A stretch of DNA of 63,900 bases, filler included, from Octopus bimaculoides (taxonomy: Eukaryota), in NCBI RefSeq assembly GCF_001194135.2. It is 7 parts of 7 records of this genome, joined end to end, with 100 filler letters (N's around TTAATTAATTAA, not from the genome) between each part and the next. Parts side by side here need not be neighbours in the genome. Positions count along the whole stretch, not along the records: positions 13,902 to 29,571 come from NC_068998.1; positions 29,672 to 55,835 come from NC_068982.1; 5 more parts are not named here. One strand, 5' to 3'. Positions 25,589-39,407 of this stretch are shown piece after piece (position 1 is the first letter of the stretch; each line of letters opens with the position of its first letter). Made by a program: the position numbers and the translations under genes. The notes beneath the pieces were generated by a model. It searched no databases. It was given only the letters and a program-made list of their open reading frames with translations, and was not told the origin of the DNA.

Positions 25589-25957
25589 TATTTACACCAT
25601 TTGTCTATAGCAAGAAGTTTTCTCAATGACAAAACGCAATGAATGGCTTGTCTATGAGTTTGAACTTGCCACTGGCATATTCAAACTGGTAAGAACATTG
25701 CATTTAAAATGTGGCAACTGGAATAACAAATATTTTTGTCAAATGCTGTTGTAAAAGAGGAACGAAGCCCAAAGCCTTTTTGCAATCAAACCATGTTCTT
25801 TCAAAGTCTTTAATCTTATTTCTTTAATTCAGATTCTCAGGTAGAACAGCTTTATTCATCAAAAGTCGTTCAGTACATCTTCACGCTCGCTTCTTTTCAT
25901 TTGTCTGCTCATCACTCACTGCCTTATTGGACTTTCAATGGTCTTAGAAGTTCAAAA

Positions 25958-26010
<53 letters not shown>

Positions 26011-27092
26011 CACATAGATACATACATATGTATTTATGTTCATATATACATACACACATGCTCACATACACACATGTCTGTGTGTATGCATATGCTTTCA
26101 TGTATGAATGTATGTACATCTGTACATAAGCATTTATACACACACACACATGTGTGTGTGTGCATGTATATGTATATATGCATGTGTATAAATATATATA
26201 TAGAGAGAGAGAGAGGGAGAGAGGGAGAGAGGGAGAGGGAGAGAGAGGGAGAGAGAGAGATGCTTGCACACATGCACTTACGTGCACACACACACACACA
26301 CACAGTGTGTGTGTGTTTGTGTGTGTGTATGTATGTGAACTAATAAGAGAGAAGGAGACAGATCTACATACTCCCACCGCCACCCATCCACCCCACCCCT
26401 ACCTCCGCCGCCCAGTGTTATGCAAAACAAATTACCTCCCTTAATTCCCCTTTGATCACTTCTGCTTAATTTCTGTGTTCCGGCTGAGGGGACACAACAT
26501 TTGCTACACTAGCAGAGCATGGAGATAGTGNNNNNNNNNNNNNNNNNNNNNNNNNNNNNNNNNNNNNNNNNNNNNNNNNNNNNNNNNNNNNNNNNNNNNN
26601 NNNNNNNNNNNNNNNNNNNNNNNNNNNNNNNNNNNNNNNNNNNNNNNNNNNNNNNNNNNNNNNNNNNNNNNNNNNNNNNNNNNNNNNNNNNNNNNNNNNN
26701 NNNNNNNNNNNNNNNNNNNNNNNNNNNNNNNNNNNNNNNNNNNNNNNNNNNNNNNNNNNNNNNNNNNNNNNNNNNNNNNNNNNNNNNNNNNNNNNNNNNN
26801 NNNNNNNNNNNNNNNNNNNNNNNNNNNNNNNNNNNTGAGATGAAATGAAATATAATAATATTAATACTAACACTAATGATTATTATTATTATTATTATTG
26901 TTGTCGTTATTGCCATTGTTGTTATTGTTATTATTATTGTTATTATTATTATTGTCATTATTATTATTGTTATTATTATTATTGTTATTATTATTATTAT
27001 CATGATAATAATAATAACAAAACAATAAAATAACCACTGCAAGATGATGACGAAGATGATGATGATGATGATGGTGGTGATGATGATGATGG

Positions 27093-27143
<51 letters not shown>

Positions 27144-27171
27144 CCATGATGACGACGATGACGACGAAGAC

Positions 27172-27211
<40 letters not shown>

Positions 27212-27299
27212 GTGATGATAATGATGACGACGTTGAAAATGATAATGATGATATTGCTGACAGAGATAGCAATAATAATAGTACTACTACTACTACTAC

Positions 27300-27341
<42 letters not shown>

Positions 27342-27699
27342 TAATAACGTATATTAACAGACAAATAAATGAATGTGCAGATATGGTAGAGAGGAGAGGC
27401 CATTAGATAATAACATTTGCATAATTAGAAAATTAATTGTTCACTAAAGTGATGGTGGTGTTGTGTAGTGAGGTGTGGGGTGGGGTAGGTTGGAAAGGAA
27501 AAAAGGGAGTGAGAAGGGAAATGTATTTTGACGACAAAGCCATGAACATATGGGACTTAAGGGAAGTTGGTCGGAGGGTGAGCGGTTGGTCTGGTGTAGT
27601 ATGTGGGGTTAGAAGTGGGTGTGTTGGGGGAAGTGCGAAAGGAATTGGAGGAGAGGTTGTGAGAAGTAGTTTGATAAAATATAAAAAGAAATTGCTTAT

Positions 27700-27732
<33 letters not shown>

Positions 27733-27818
27733 ATGTGTGTGTGCGTGCGTGCGTGTGTTTGTGTGTGTATTTGTGTGTGTGTTTGTGTGTGTGTATACAT
27801 ATATACACATACACACAT

Positions 27819-27854
<36 letters not shown>

Positions 27855-28516
27855 NNNNNNNNNNNNNNNNNNNNNNNNNNNNNNNNNNNNNNNNNNNNNN
27901 NNNNNNNNNNNNNNNNNNNNNNNNNNNNNNNNNNNNNNNNNNNNNNNNNNNNNNNNNNNNNNNNNNNNNNNNNNNNNNNNNNNNNNNNNNNNNNNNNNNN
28001 NNNNNNNNNNNNNNNNNNNNNNNNNNNNNNNNNNNNNNNNNNNNNNNNNNNNNNNNNNNNNNNNNNNNNNNNNNNNNNNNNNNNNNNNNNNNNNNNNNNN
28101 NNNNNNNNNNNNNNNNNNNNNNNNNNNNNNNNNNNNNNNNNNNNNNNNNNNNNNNNNNNNNNNNNNNNNNNNNNNNNNNNNNNNNNNNNNNNNNNNNNNN
28201 NNNNNNNNNNNNNNNNNNNNNNNNNNNNNNNNNNNNNNNNNNNNNNNNNNNNNNNNNNNNNNNNNNNNNNNNNNNNNNNNNNNNNNNNNNNNNNNNNNNN
28301 NNNNNNNNNNNNNNNNNNNNNNNNNNNNNNNNNNNNNNNNNNNNNNNNNNNNNNNNNNNNNNNNNNNNNNNNNNNNNNNNNNNNNNNNNNNNNNNNNNNN
28401 NNNNNNNNNNNNNNNNNNNNNNNNNNNNNNNNNNNNNNNNNNNNNNNNNNNNNNNNNNNNNNNNNNNNNNNNNNNNNNNNNNNNNNNNNNNNNNNNNNNN
28501 NNNNNNNNNNNNNNNN

Positions 28517-28550
<34 letters not shown>

Positions 28551-28621
28551 CACACACACAAGCACACACACAAGCATGCACACACACACACATATATTCA
28601 TACATACATATATATATATAG

Positions 28622-28685
<64 letters not shown>

Positions 28686-29671
28686 ATGTATGTATGTATG
28701 TATATGTACAAGCAAGTCACATAGTTGGAAAGAGTTGTATTCCTGAAAATCTTACTGTAACACAAAGTTCTTCAATCCAAAACATATTTTCTCGTTGACT
28801 CTCCATGTTTTGTTACACGAAAGTTAACTGGGGAAAAAATGGTTTTGCATTTTGGAATTCTAAACTATGGCAAGATCTTCAGGAACCCAATGCATCCGTA
28901 ATGCGAGTATTACCAGCATATATATATATCATTATTATTATCATCAACATCATCATCATCATCATCATCATCATCATTTAATGTCTGTCACCCACCACCA
29001 CCACCACCACCACCACCACTGCTTGACAACTGCAGTTTGGTGTCTTTGGATTTCTCTGTTCCATTTTTGAACCTCTCTGCATTAAGATCTATAATGTAAG
29101 ATTTTCTCTGCTTTGATAATGGTGGCTCTTCTTATCCAATGTTAATTGCATCCATATGGCCACATATTGTGATAAACTAAATCTACCAACATTATTATCG
29201 ATCACTGAGCCCCCGGAAACAGCTGTTGGGCTTATAACACCTGTTTTCCACCCCTTTAATTTTCTCTGTCATTTGTACTCTGCATAAGTTGAATCTATCA
29301 ATATAAATATCTATATATTTATGCTTAAAAATTCATCATATGAAAGTCTCCACCTTTTGCTTTCTCTCGTTTTGCATGTATACATATCATCATCATCATC
29401 ATCGTTTAACATCCACTTTCCATGCTGGCATGGGTTGGATGGTTTGACTGAGGACTGGTGAGCCAGAGGCTGCACTAGGCTCAATCTGATTTGGCAGAGT
29501 GTCTACGGCTGGATGCCCTTCTTATATATATATATACATATAAATATACATATATATACATATATATATATNNNNNNNNNNNNNNNNNNNNNNNNNNNNN
29601 NNNNNNNNNNNNNNNTTAATTAATTAANNNNNNNNNNNNNNNNNNNNNNNNNNNNNNNNNNNNNNNNNNNN

Positions 29672-29712
<41 letters not shown>

Positions 29713-30347
29713 TAGATAGATACACACATACATATATATATACACACATACATACACACACACACACATATATATATACACACATACATACATATATATA
29801 TATACACACACACAGACACAAAAGTAAAATTTAATTGATATTCATAATATAAAATTATGTTTATGTTCATGGCAATCCACAACTGACAACATGAAATAAG
29901 AAGTCCATAACATTAAAACCTCATATGTTTTTTAAGTTTAACTTGTAGCCAGCTCATTCTGTAGCCTGAATCAATCCTACAATGATACAGAGCAAATTCA
30001 GCAACCATTGACTAAAAATGTGGTTCAAGTGATTTTTCAGGAAATAGTTTGCTTTGAACTATTGTATTTTTAATCCCAATATACTTTTAGTCATGTTCTA
30101 TGCAACATTAACAGTCCTAATTATAAATAACTCCATGCAATGTACATAACTTCTCTTGGCCATATTGCAGCAAACATTCTTTTCCTCGTTTCAGTCGTTT
30201 GACTGCAGCCTTTAGTTGAACAAATCAACCCCAGGTCTTATTTGTTGTAAGCTTAGTACTTATTCTATTGGTGTCTTTTTACTGAACTGCTAGGTTACAG
30301 GGACATAAACACACCAAATCAGTTGTCAAGCAATGGTGGGGGAACAA

Positions 30348-30385
<38 letters not shown>

Positions 30386-32330
30386 TTATTTATGGTGGTT
30401 GTGTACTTCTTAAGCAGAGTCTGACCCCCTCCTGCACCTACACCTTAGCCCTTTCATGGCATCTGATGTGGCTTTTTAAACCAGACAATATTTTGAAAAG
30501 ACACCCACATAAATTGCATATTTGATTTGGATTGCCAAGAGCTGCAGTTAAGCTCTGATCTTTGTGGATCTTAAAATGTCTTTTGAAACCTCTGTTAGAA
30601 TTGCAGACCTTCTGGAATACACGGCATTAAAAGGTGTGCACAGACATATAGGCAGAATTGTTGGGGGAGGTTTGTTTTTCATGGGTCTGCAAATGAGATT
30701 TGAGCCCAGTAAATATATATATATATTTATATATACATACGAAGGGTTTCATTCAGTTTCCATCTACTAAATCTACTCACAAGGCCTGAGGCTATAGTAG
30801 GAGACACTTGCCCAAGGTGCCATGCAGTGGGACTGAACCCAGAACCATGTGGTTGGGAAGCAAGCTTCTTACCACACAGCTATGCCTGTACCTATATGCT
30901 TGTGAAATTGTAAGAGATCTTTTATCTTTTACTTACTTCAATCATTTGACTGTGGCCATGCTGGGGCACTACCTTGATGAATTTTTAGCCAAATGAATTG
31001 ACCCCCAGGACTTAATTATTCTTCAAGCCTGTTACTTATTCTATTGGTCTCATTGGCCAAATAGAGTGACAAGAATGCAAACACACCAACACCAGTTGTC
31101 AAGCAGTAGTGGGGGGACAGACAGACAGAAAGACTTTGCCTTTCATCCTTTTGGGGTCGGTAAATTAAGTACCAGTTACGCACTGGGGTCAATGTAATCG
31201 ACTTAATCCCTTTGTCTGTCCTTGTTTGTCCCCTCTGTGTTTAGCCCCTTGTGGGTAATAAAGAAACAAGAAAGGTATGCATGTACATACACACACATGA
31301 TGGGCTTCTTTCAGTTTCCATCTATCAAATCCACTCACACGGTTTTGGTCAGACCAAGGATATAGTGAAATACACTTGCTCAAGGTGAAACTGAACCTAG
31401 AAACTTGTGATTGGGAAGTGAACTTCTTACCACACAGCCCCCACCTGCACCTGATGTATGACATTCATTTTTAATTTTATCTTTTTTTATAGGGTAAATT
31501 AAATTTTCGTTTTTATGATAACCCTTTGATTACCATATTTTCATCTGCAACATGATCAACATATGTGTTTAATTTCCACTGGTGAGGATAATCTGCAAAT
31601 ATTCTAAGTTTAGGGTTAGGGTTAGTATGCAAGCATTACTTGTGTGGCAGTGATTTATGACCGAATCCCTTGATCAGTGGCAGAATGGCCAGGTTGCCAG
31701 CTTGCTCTATGTCAAGTGGGCCCCTTCGCCATTAGAATCCATATACAGGGGGCCCATGTTAGTATCTAAAGGGTTCATCCCCTCAAGTTTGAGAATTTTT
31801 TATTCACTCCTGGAAGAATGCATTAATTATTTCAGCCTGGCTGTGTTTGTTGGCAGCTGAAAAGAATACTTTTAACAAAAAAATAAATAAATAAATGATA
31901 GCATTGTAGTTGATACATGGTCAGGTATCATGAGCAAACCGCCATAGTTTCATGTGATAGGTCTGTTAACCGACCAATCAGCCTGAATTGATGGTTTGGA
32001 CATGTTATTTCTTATATTTAATTGTTTATGTTATGATTTTATTTACTCCATGTACCCAGACCTTGTGGACACCCTGTAGAATTTGATTTCCAGTCTCCCA
32101 TAAAAACCATTTGGGGTGCATTTTTACCAGCCTAGGAAGGCAGCTAGGACAGATGGCGGAGGTAAATGACAAGAACCTCCGCTGCCATTGAATGTAGCAC
32201 AATTTTTTCCAGTTATATTGGGCAAGCCGCAGGTTGCCATAGCAATAGCTTGCTGTAAACTGCAAGTAGTATCTCTCTCCCAGGATGTTATTAGTGTGGT
32301 TATCCGTAGAAGGCCAACACTGTTTCTCTT

Positions 32331-32745
32331 TTCTCTTTTACTTGTTTCAGTCGTTTGACTGCGGCCATGCTGGAGCACCGCCTTTAGTCGAGCAAATCGA
32401 CCCCAGGACTTAATCTTTGTAAGCTTAGTACTCATTCTATCAGTCTCTTTTTGCCGAACCGCTAAGTTACAGGGACGTAAACACACCAGCATCGGTTGTC
32501 AAGCAATGTTGGGGGGACAAATACAGACACACAAACATATACACACACATACATATATATATATATACACACACATATATACGACAGGCTTCTTTCAGTT
32601 TCCGTCTACCAAATCCACTCACAAGGCTTTGGTCGGCCCGAGGCTATAGTAGAAGACACTTGCCCAAGGTGCCACGCAGTGGGAATGAACCTGGGACCAT
32701 GTGGTTGGTAAGCAAGCTACTTACCACACAGTCACTCCTGCGCCT
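32331..32745 (-). mobile_element. Full-length bipartite SINE family A
   Basis: Both modules and the internal (CA)/(TA) microsatellite are present. Further full or partial copies lie at about 30180-30890, 30925-31450, 33140-33570, 34640-34935, 36270-36375, 42060-42220, 53270-53545, 58935-59150 and 59380-59570. Confidence 0.92.
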
Positions 32746-34212
32746 GTAAATGTTTGCGGGTGTTGTTCAGTTGCTTCTACACGCAGCTCACAAATCATAT
32801 TTTCATTCATCAACTCAACAAGTTACTACCACAGACCAACAGCAACAACAACAATAACAACACCCAAAGCAAAACTTGTTTCACAAAGAAGTGTGATATA
32901 ATAAACAATTTGCTTGTGAAAGTTTTATTTCAGACGGATCAATTCTGTTACAAGTATTGTCATGTTTGGAATTGTGATATCTATAAAACGAAATATGTTT
33001 TAGATTTAATTGTTGTATAAAATGCTCCTTTACAAAATGCTTCCGATTTACTTTGATAATCAACTTAACAGATTACAACAACTATTGTACAAAATGGAAT
33101 AATGTTTGCTTTGATTTGTAATAGACGTATCTTTTATTTTTTATTTTTTTCTTGTTTCAGTCATTAGACTGTGGCCATGCTGGAGCACTGCCTTCAAGAA
33201 TTTTTCATTGTAATTGACACCAGTACTTTTTTTTAAAGCCTGGTACTTATAATATCAGTCTATTTTGCCGAACCACTAAGTTACAGGAAAGTAAACAGAT
33301 TAACACCAGTTGTCAAACAGTGATGGGAGACAAACACAGACAAGAAGACAGACAGACAGACAGACACATACACACACACACACATCTATATATACATGCA
33401 TATATATATCTGGCAGGTTTCTTTCAGTTTCCATCTACCAAATTCATTCACAAGGCTTTGGTTGGCTTCAGACTATAGTAGAAGATACTTGCCCAAGGTG
33501 CCACACAATGGGACTGAACCCAGAAACACGTGGTTGGGAAGCAAACTTCTTACCGCATAGCCATGCCTATGCAAATGAACAGAACAATAATTAAGGCTGA
33601 TATTTTCATAATAACTTAGTATATAATTTCATTTATGAAAATATAGTCTTTTCCAGATTTAACATGTTTGGCATCCAAACCATCATAATTTTCGGAATTC
33701 TTGATATCTTGACAAATTTATTCTGTAACACTGTAATACATTCCTTCAACAAAATCCTAACCAATGATAGAGTTTCCTGTTGAAGCATAGACTTGGCTAT
33801 AAGTAACACATAGTAATTATGGGCAATACACGGCAGTCAGTTTATCGGATAAAACAGATTTAATTTCATATCTTAAAGCATATTTAATTTTGCTGTTTTG
33901 AAACGTTTGATAAAAAACCAAATCTGATATTGGATAATGTTCATCAACTGAATTATTACAATATCAAAATTTCTTGATGTCTAAATTTGTTTGCTTTAAG
34001 CTATAATGCATTCTTCCATTGAAATTTAGTTTCCTTAGGTGATATATGAAGCATATGAAACTCGACTAACCATAATGAAATAGAAAAAGAAAAATGTGAA
34101 GCTGAACAATCAGGTTTACATAGAAGTTTCAATTCAAAAGTTTGTTATTAGTTAAAGTTTGTTACCTTACCATTATGTTTAAAACAAGCAAACAATATTA
34201 TATACCTTAAAA

Positions 34213-34462
34213 GTACATTATTTACATTTTGACAGATATTTGTTGTTAACACAGCATCCCGGTTGATATACCCTCCAGCCTTCATTAGGTGTTATGGGAA
34301 AATTTCGAATCTGGGTTCTCATTCCTAAGGTCTTTTTTGATGTTATTATTATTATTATTCAGGTCACTGCCTGGAATCAAACTCAGAATCTTCGGGTTAG
34401 TAGCCCGCGCTCTTAACTACTATGCTATATATACATAATTCCTTATCTCTTACATATATAGA
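34213..34462 (-). mobile_element. SINE family E copy with an inverted 3' extension at its 5' end
   Basis: Same head and tail as 24447-24717. The family's terminal ACATAATTCCT(C/T)ATCTCTT segment sits in the opposite orientation at 34431-34462. Confidence 0.75.
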
Positions 34463-34499
34463 GTTTTATAGGTTTTATTTTATTTTACATTTACACCCC

Positions 34500-34645
34500 A
34501 TTAAGGTGGTGAGCTGGCAGAAACATTAGCACATCAGGTGAAATGAAAAGCGGTATTTCATCTGTCTTTACGTTCTGAGTTCAAATTCTGCCAAGGTCAA
34601 CTTTGTCTTTCATCCTTTCGGGGTCAATAAATTAAATACCAGCTA
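34500..34645 (+). mobile_element. SINE family B, CpG-depleted copy
   Basis: GGTGGTGAGCTGGCAGAAACATTAGC...CTTTCATCCTTTCGGGGTCAATAAA. Confidence 0.8.
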
Positions 34646-35502
34646 CTTATTCTATTTGTCTCTTTTGCCAAACTGCTAAGTTATAGGGACGTAAACACAA
34701 CAACATACCAACCATGGTTGTCAAGTGGTAATAGGGGACAAACACACACACACACACGCACACACACATATGCATACATGCACACACACAAACATATTCA
34801 CATAATGGGCTTCTTTCAGTTTCTGTCGACCAAATCTACTCACAAATCCTCTCACACTTTGAGGCTTTAGCAGAAGACACCTGCCTTAGGTGACACATAG
34901 TGGGACTGAACCCAGAACCATGTGGTTGGGAAGTCCCTGATCACTTTCAATTATTTTATAAGACTGGGTTTAATAGGTTTTGTACAAAATTACTTTTATT
35001 TTTTATTTCTCTGAATATTCATGTATTTTGCAGGAATCTTTTTTATAATGTAACATTTCTCTGAAAAATTAAGTCTGCCTTTTAGTAATTACAGATTCCT
35101 TCGGTTTGTAGAAAGAAATAGGAGCATGCCTCAATAATTCCTTCTCTCATAGAGAAAGGTGGTTCTGTACCAGTGTTGTGTTGTATTTATTCCTTCTCCA
35201 ATTTTTCTCTTGTTCTTCTTTCACTTCTCTTCAACATTTCAGATGTTAGGTTCTTCATCAGAAGAAAAGCATAGGAGAAAGAGAAGTGGTTGAGAAGGAA
35301 ACGAAACAAAAAAAAGGGGGGAGGGACAGGCAAGGAGTTATGAGCTGAGGAAGAATGTGGTTTTAGGTCCAGGCATGGCTATCTGGTAGACTGGTTACAG
35401 TCCCTCTGCATGGCACCTTGGGCAAGTGTCTGTAGCCTTGGCCAACTAAAGCCTTGTGAGTGGATTTTGCAGAAGGAAACTGGATGAAGCATGTCATATA
35501 TA

Positions 35503-35716
35503 CAGGGTGGACCAAAAGTCATACAGAAAATAAGTTCAATATGGTCTGGAGTTTTCAAAGACATGCTTCAGTTTTTCTCAAATTGAATAAAATAAACAAA
35601 ATAATGGTGAATACAGACATACTTGTACATAAGGAACAAAATAAACAATAACAAGACATAAATAAAACATAAATAAAATGTCGAATATTTTGGTGCATGA
35701 CATTTGACCCACCCTG
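35503..35716. mobile_element. Tc1-like MITE nested in a family A SINE
   Basis: TIR CAGGGTGGACCAAAAGTCAT matches the reverse complement of ATGACATTTGACCCACCCTG at 17/20 positions, with TA on both flanks. The SINE head lies to the left and its tail to the right. Confidence 0.8.
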
Positions 35717-35798
35717 TATGTATGTGTGCGTGTGGCTTTATGTCTGTTTTACCTCAACACCACCACTTGACAACTGATGTTGTGTTTATGTACGCATG

Positions 35799-35840
<42 letters not shown>

Positions 35841-35841
<1 letters not shown>

Positions 35842-36041
35842 TCTTTTACTTGTTTCAGTCATTTGACTTTGGCCATGCTGGAGCACCACCTTTAGTCGAG
35901 CAAATCGACCCCAGGACTTATTATTTGTAAGCCTAGTACTTATTCTATCGGTCTCTTTTGCCAAACCACTAAGTGACGGGGACATAAACACACCAGCATC
36001 AGTTGTCAAGCAATGCTAGGGGGACAAACACAGACACACAA

Positions 36042-36090
<49 letters not shown>

Positions 36091-36243
36091 TACGACGGGC
36101 TTCTTTCAGTTTCCGTCTACCAAATCCACTCACAAGGCAGGCTTTGGTCGGCCCGAGGCTATAGTAGAAGACACTTGCCCAAGATGCCACGCAGTAGGAC
36201 TGAACCCGGAACCATGTGGTTGGTAAGCAAGCTACTTACCACG
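35841..36243 (-). mobile_element. Full-length bipartite SINE family A
   Basis: High similarity to 32331-32745. Confidence 0.92.
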
Positions 36244-37404
36244 AGAGTAACAGAATAAGTGCCAGGCTTAAAAACAAAAAAGTACTAAGGGTTGTTGACT
36301 CATTCAGTTAAAAATTCTTCAAAAGGCAGTGCCCCAGCATGGCCACAGTCTAAAGACTGAAACAAGAAAGAGCAAAAAACCCCCCAAAAAAGATGCCTAT
36401 TGTTATTCCTTATTCCCTTTCTGGAAAATGCAGCATTCACACAAAGGGTCAATGGCAACAAAGGGCCATCTAGCAACTCCCAGTTGTCATCGATATTACA
36501 AGTTTCTGTGTCCCTCGCTTGGCTAACATTTCATTGAGTCCATATATGGAGTAAGGGATATTTTAGCTGTCTAACTTCTATCTGTGTACTGCTTTCTGCC
36601 TTTAAGTCTGTCTGGTGCCACTGAATACTTGCCTATGATTAGTAGTACATTCTTTACCATTGTCTACTCTCCTGTTTATATGCATTTATACACACACACA
36701 CACACACACACATGCCAATAAAAAAATAGTTGTCAATGAAATTATTTTTATTGCTTGTTTTCAAATAAAAAAAAAAAGATTTGTGAACAAAACCAAAAAA
36801 TATCAGGAAATAATGATGGAAACAAAACTAAAAATATATATATATATATATCATATCCCATAATGCATTATAATTAAACTTAATTTTGTATAGAAGATAT
36901 GGAAATAAAGATATTATATTTTCCTATATTCATTGGCTTCCAATGAATATCCTATATGATATCATGGAATTGTATGCATACATACAATTTCCTATGATTT
37001 CTTGATCTGAAATATCTATGTAAAAGCTGGAATGAAAGCTAGAGTTATATATTCTGCAATATTGAAATGCTGAAAACATATGCAACAAAAATATTCACCT
37101 CAAAAGTAGCTTTTAAAAATAGATGAAGAACTGTTTGTTCTCAGACAAGAATAATTATGAAGCACAAAGTCTGCAAGATTAAGATGTTCGTTTACTGACC
37201 GACCACATAGTTATTTCTTTGATCCTTACAAGTATTATTTCAATCCTGACTTCAAATATTGCATCACATTCCTTACGAATATAATTTCAGTCTCCCAATT
37301 TCCCTTTCTGACTTAAGGTTCCACATCTATTTTGGAGTTGAGTGAGTCACATTTGGAAGTGCATCAATGAATTAAGAATCAGTTGTTCCAGCAATCTTTT
37401 ATTT

Positions 37405-37785
37405 TTATACCTGTTTCAGTCATTTCATTCCAGCCATGCTAGGGTACCACCTTGAAGAATTTTTGTCAAATGAATCGACCCGAGGGCTTACTTTTTTGCC
37501 CTTAGAGTTTGGTACTTATTCTATCCATCTCTTTAGTTGAACCACTAAGTTATGGGGATGTAAACACACTAACAACAGGGGAGGGGGAAAATGCAGACAT
37601 AAAAGCACACACGCACACGATATGGGCTTCTTTCAGTTTCCACCTACCAAATCCACTCACAAAGCTTTGGCTAGCCCAAGGCTATAATAGAAAAAGACAC
37701 TTGCCCAAGGTGCCATGCAGTGGGACTGAACTCTGAACCACGTGGGTGGGAAGCAAACTTGTTATCACACAGCCATGCCCACACC
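37405..37785 (-). mobile_element. Bipartite SINE family A, older copy
   Basis: Both modules present but diverged. Confidence 0.85.
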
Positions 37786-38349
37786 AATTGAAATATTCAA
37801 AATGAATATTCTTGTAGTTGTTGTTCAGAAGCTCCAGTTAGCTCAGCTTGAACAGAGGGAATTGGTCAGACAAAGAATTTAGCAGGTAATTCAAGCTGTG
37901 GCTATTGTATTAGTATCTTTATTCTCTGCATGCTACCCCAGGATTTAGATTTTGTATGTATGGTTTGTGTTTTAAAAACAGTACGGAATTCATTGTAGAA
38001 AATTTGGCTCAAATTCATAGAATTCTATAAAGAATGGATAAAAAGAAGAATAATACAACAAGGCTATGTCAGATGCTAATCAACAAAAGAAATGGGGAAG
38101 TGGTTTCAGAGGTGGTCTGGAAATAAACATACTCAGATGACATCAAACACATTAAACACAAACAACATTAATAAAGTTAAAATGGATGAAGATGTAGAGG
38201 AAGAAGATTTGGAGGAAAGAATTAGTTTAGAGAGCTATGTAGTTGATGCCACAAGTAGGAATTATTATTAGGAAAATGGTGAGCAATATCTGACTGTCAT
38301 TGCTTCCCAATATTCAAACTGACTACTAACAGGTGGTAAATGATGGCTG

Positions 38350-38620
38350 CTGGAGATACATGGCATAGTGGTTATGGTGTTTGGCTCACAATTGTAAGGT
38401 TGTGAGTTCGAATTTCAGCAGTGCATTGTGTCCTTGAGCAAGACATTCTATTTCCTGTTACTCTGGTCCACTCAGCTGGAAAAATTGATTTGCACCTGTA
38501 ATTCAAAAGGCTAGCCTTGTCACATTCCCTGTCATGCTGGATCTCCTGGAGAACTACATTAGGAGTATGCATATTTGTGGAGCACTCAGCCACTTACACA
38601 TTAATTCCAAAAAGCAGTAG
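38350..38620 (+). mobile_element. tRNA SINE: head 1 (CORE-like) + tail Y
   Basis: Head resembles 20990. The tail CTGTAATTCAAAAGG...GAACTAC...GCACTCAGCCACTT resembles the 23282-23670 copy. Confidence 0.75.
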
Positions 38621-38689
38621 GAAAGAATATTTGTTTCTGATGAAGATGATATACATGAAAATAAATCCTGTCTTATTTTGGTACAAGGC

Positions 38690-38895
38690 CAGCAATTTCT
38701 GGCGAGGGTGCAAGATGATTACATTGAACCCCCACCCTTCACACGGTGATTGACTGGTACTCATTTTATCAACCCCAAAAGCATGAAAAGCAAAGTCAAC
38801 CTCGGCAGAATTTGAACTCAGAATGCAAAGATGGACAAAAAAACGCCACTAACCCTAACTGTCTGGCATGGTAATGATTCTACCAGCTCACAGCC
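38690..38895 (-). mobile_element. SINE family B
   Basis: CTGGTACTCATTTTATCAACCCC...GAAAAGCAAAGTCAACCTCGGCAGAATTTGAACTC. Confidence 0.75.
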
Positions 38896-39407
38896 CCAAT
38901 ATGCATCAAAGTAATAACTTACTGCAATTTATAAATCTCAAATCAATAACTGCTTGGATTCTGTTTTCTTCAAAGTTTAAATTTTCTTAGTGCACATGTA
39001 CTAAGATATTTTCAATTAACCCATTTGTATAATTTTTTTTTTTTTAATTCTTCATTTGCCTTTATTGATTGTCATTTACTCAAAAATGTTACAGAGATTT
39101 TGCAACAAATATCTCTTCATCAAATCATAAGATGCCAATTTACTGCAGGTGTTGCCTGTGGGAGAACTTGAAATCAGAGTTGCAAGTTAACAAAACACTT
39201 ATCAATTAAACGGTGTTGCCATTCTGAACAGTAAGGAACCAAGCCATTAAAAGATAAGTGTCTCTACAAGAGTTGCAGTACGGTGCTGACGACAGGATAC
39301 GAGCTGTCAAAGCTTCAGCCTGCAGGCAAATACCTTATCAAAATGGACGGCTACAACTCGATCTATCAAGTTAGATAATCATTATTTTTAAAATGTATAC
39401 ATACATA

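Noticed and set aside
31608-31626. TTAGGG-like telomeric repeats
   Set aside because: Only about three units, too short to call an interstitial telomere. Such motifs are common inside repeats.
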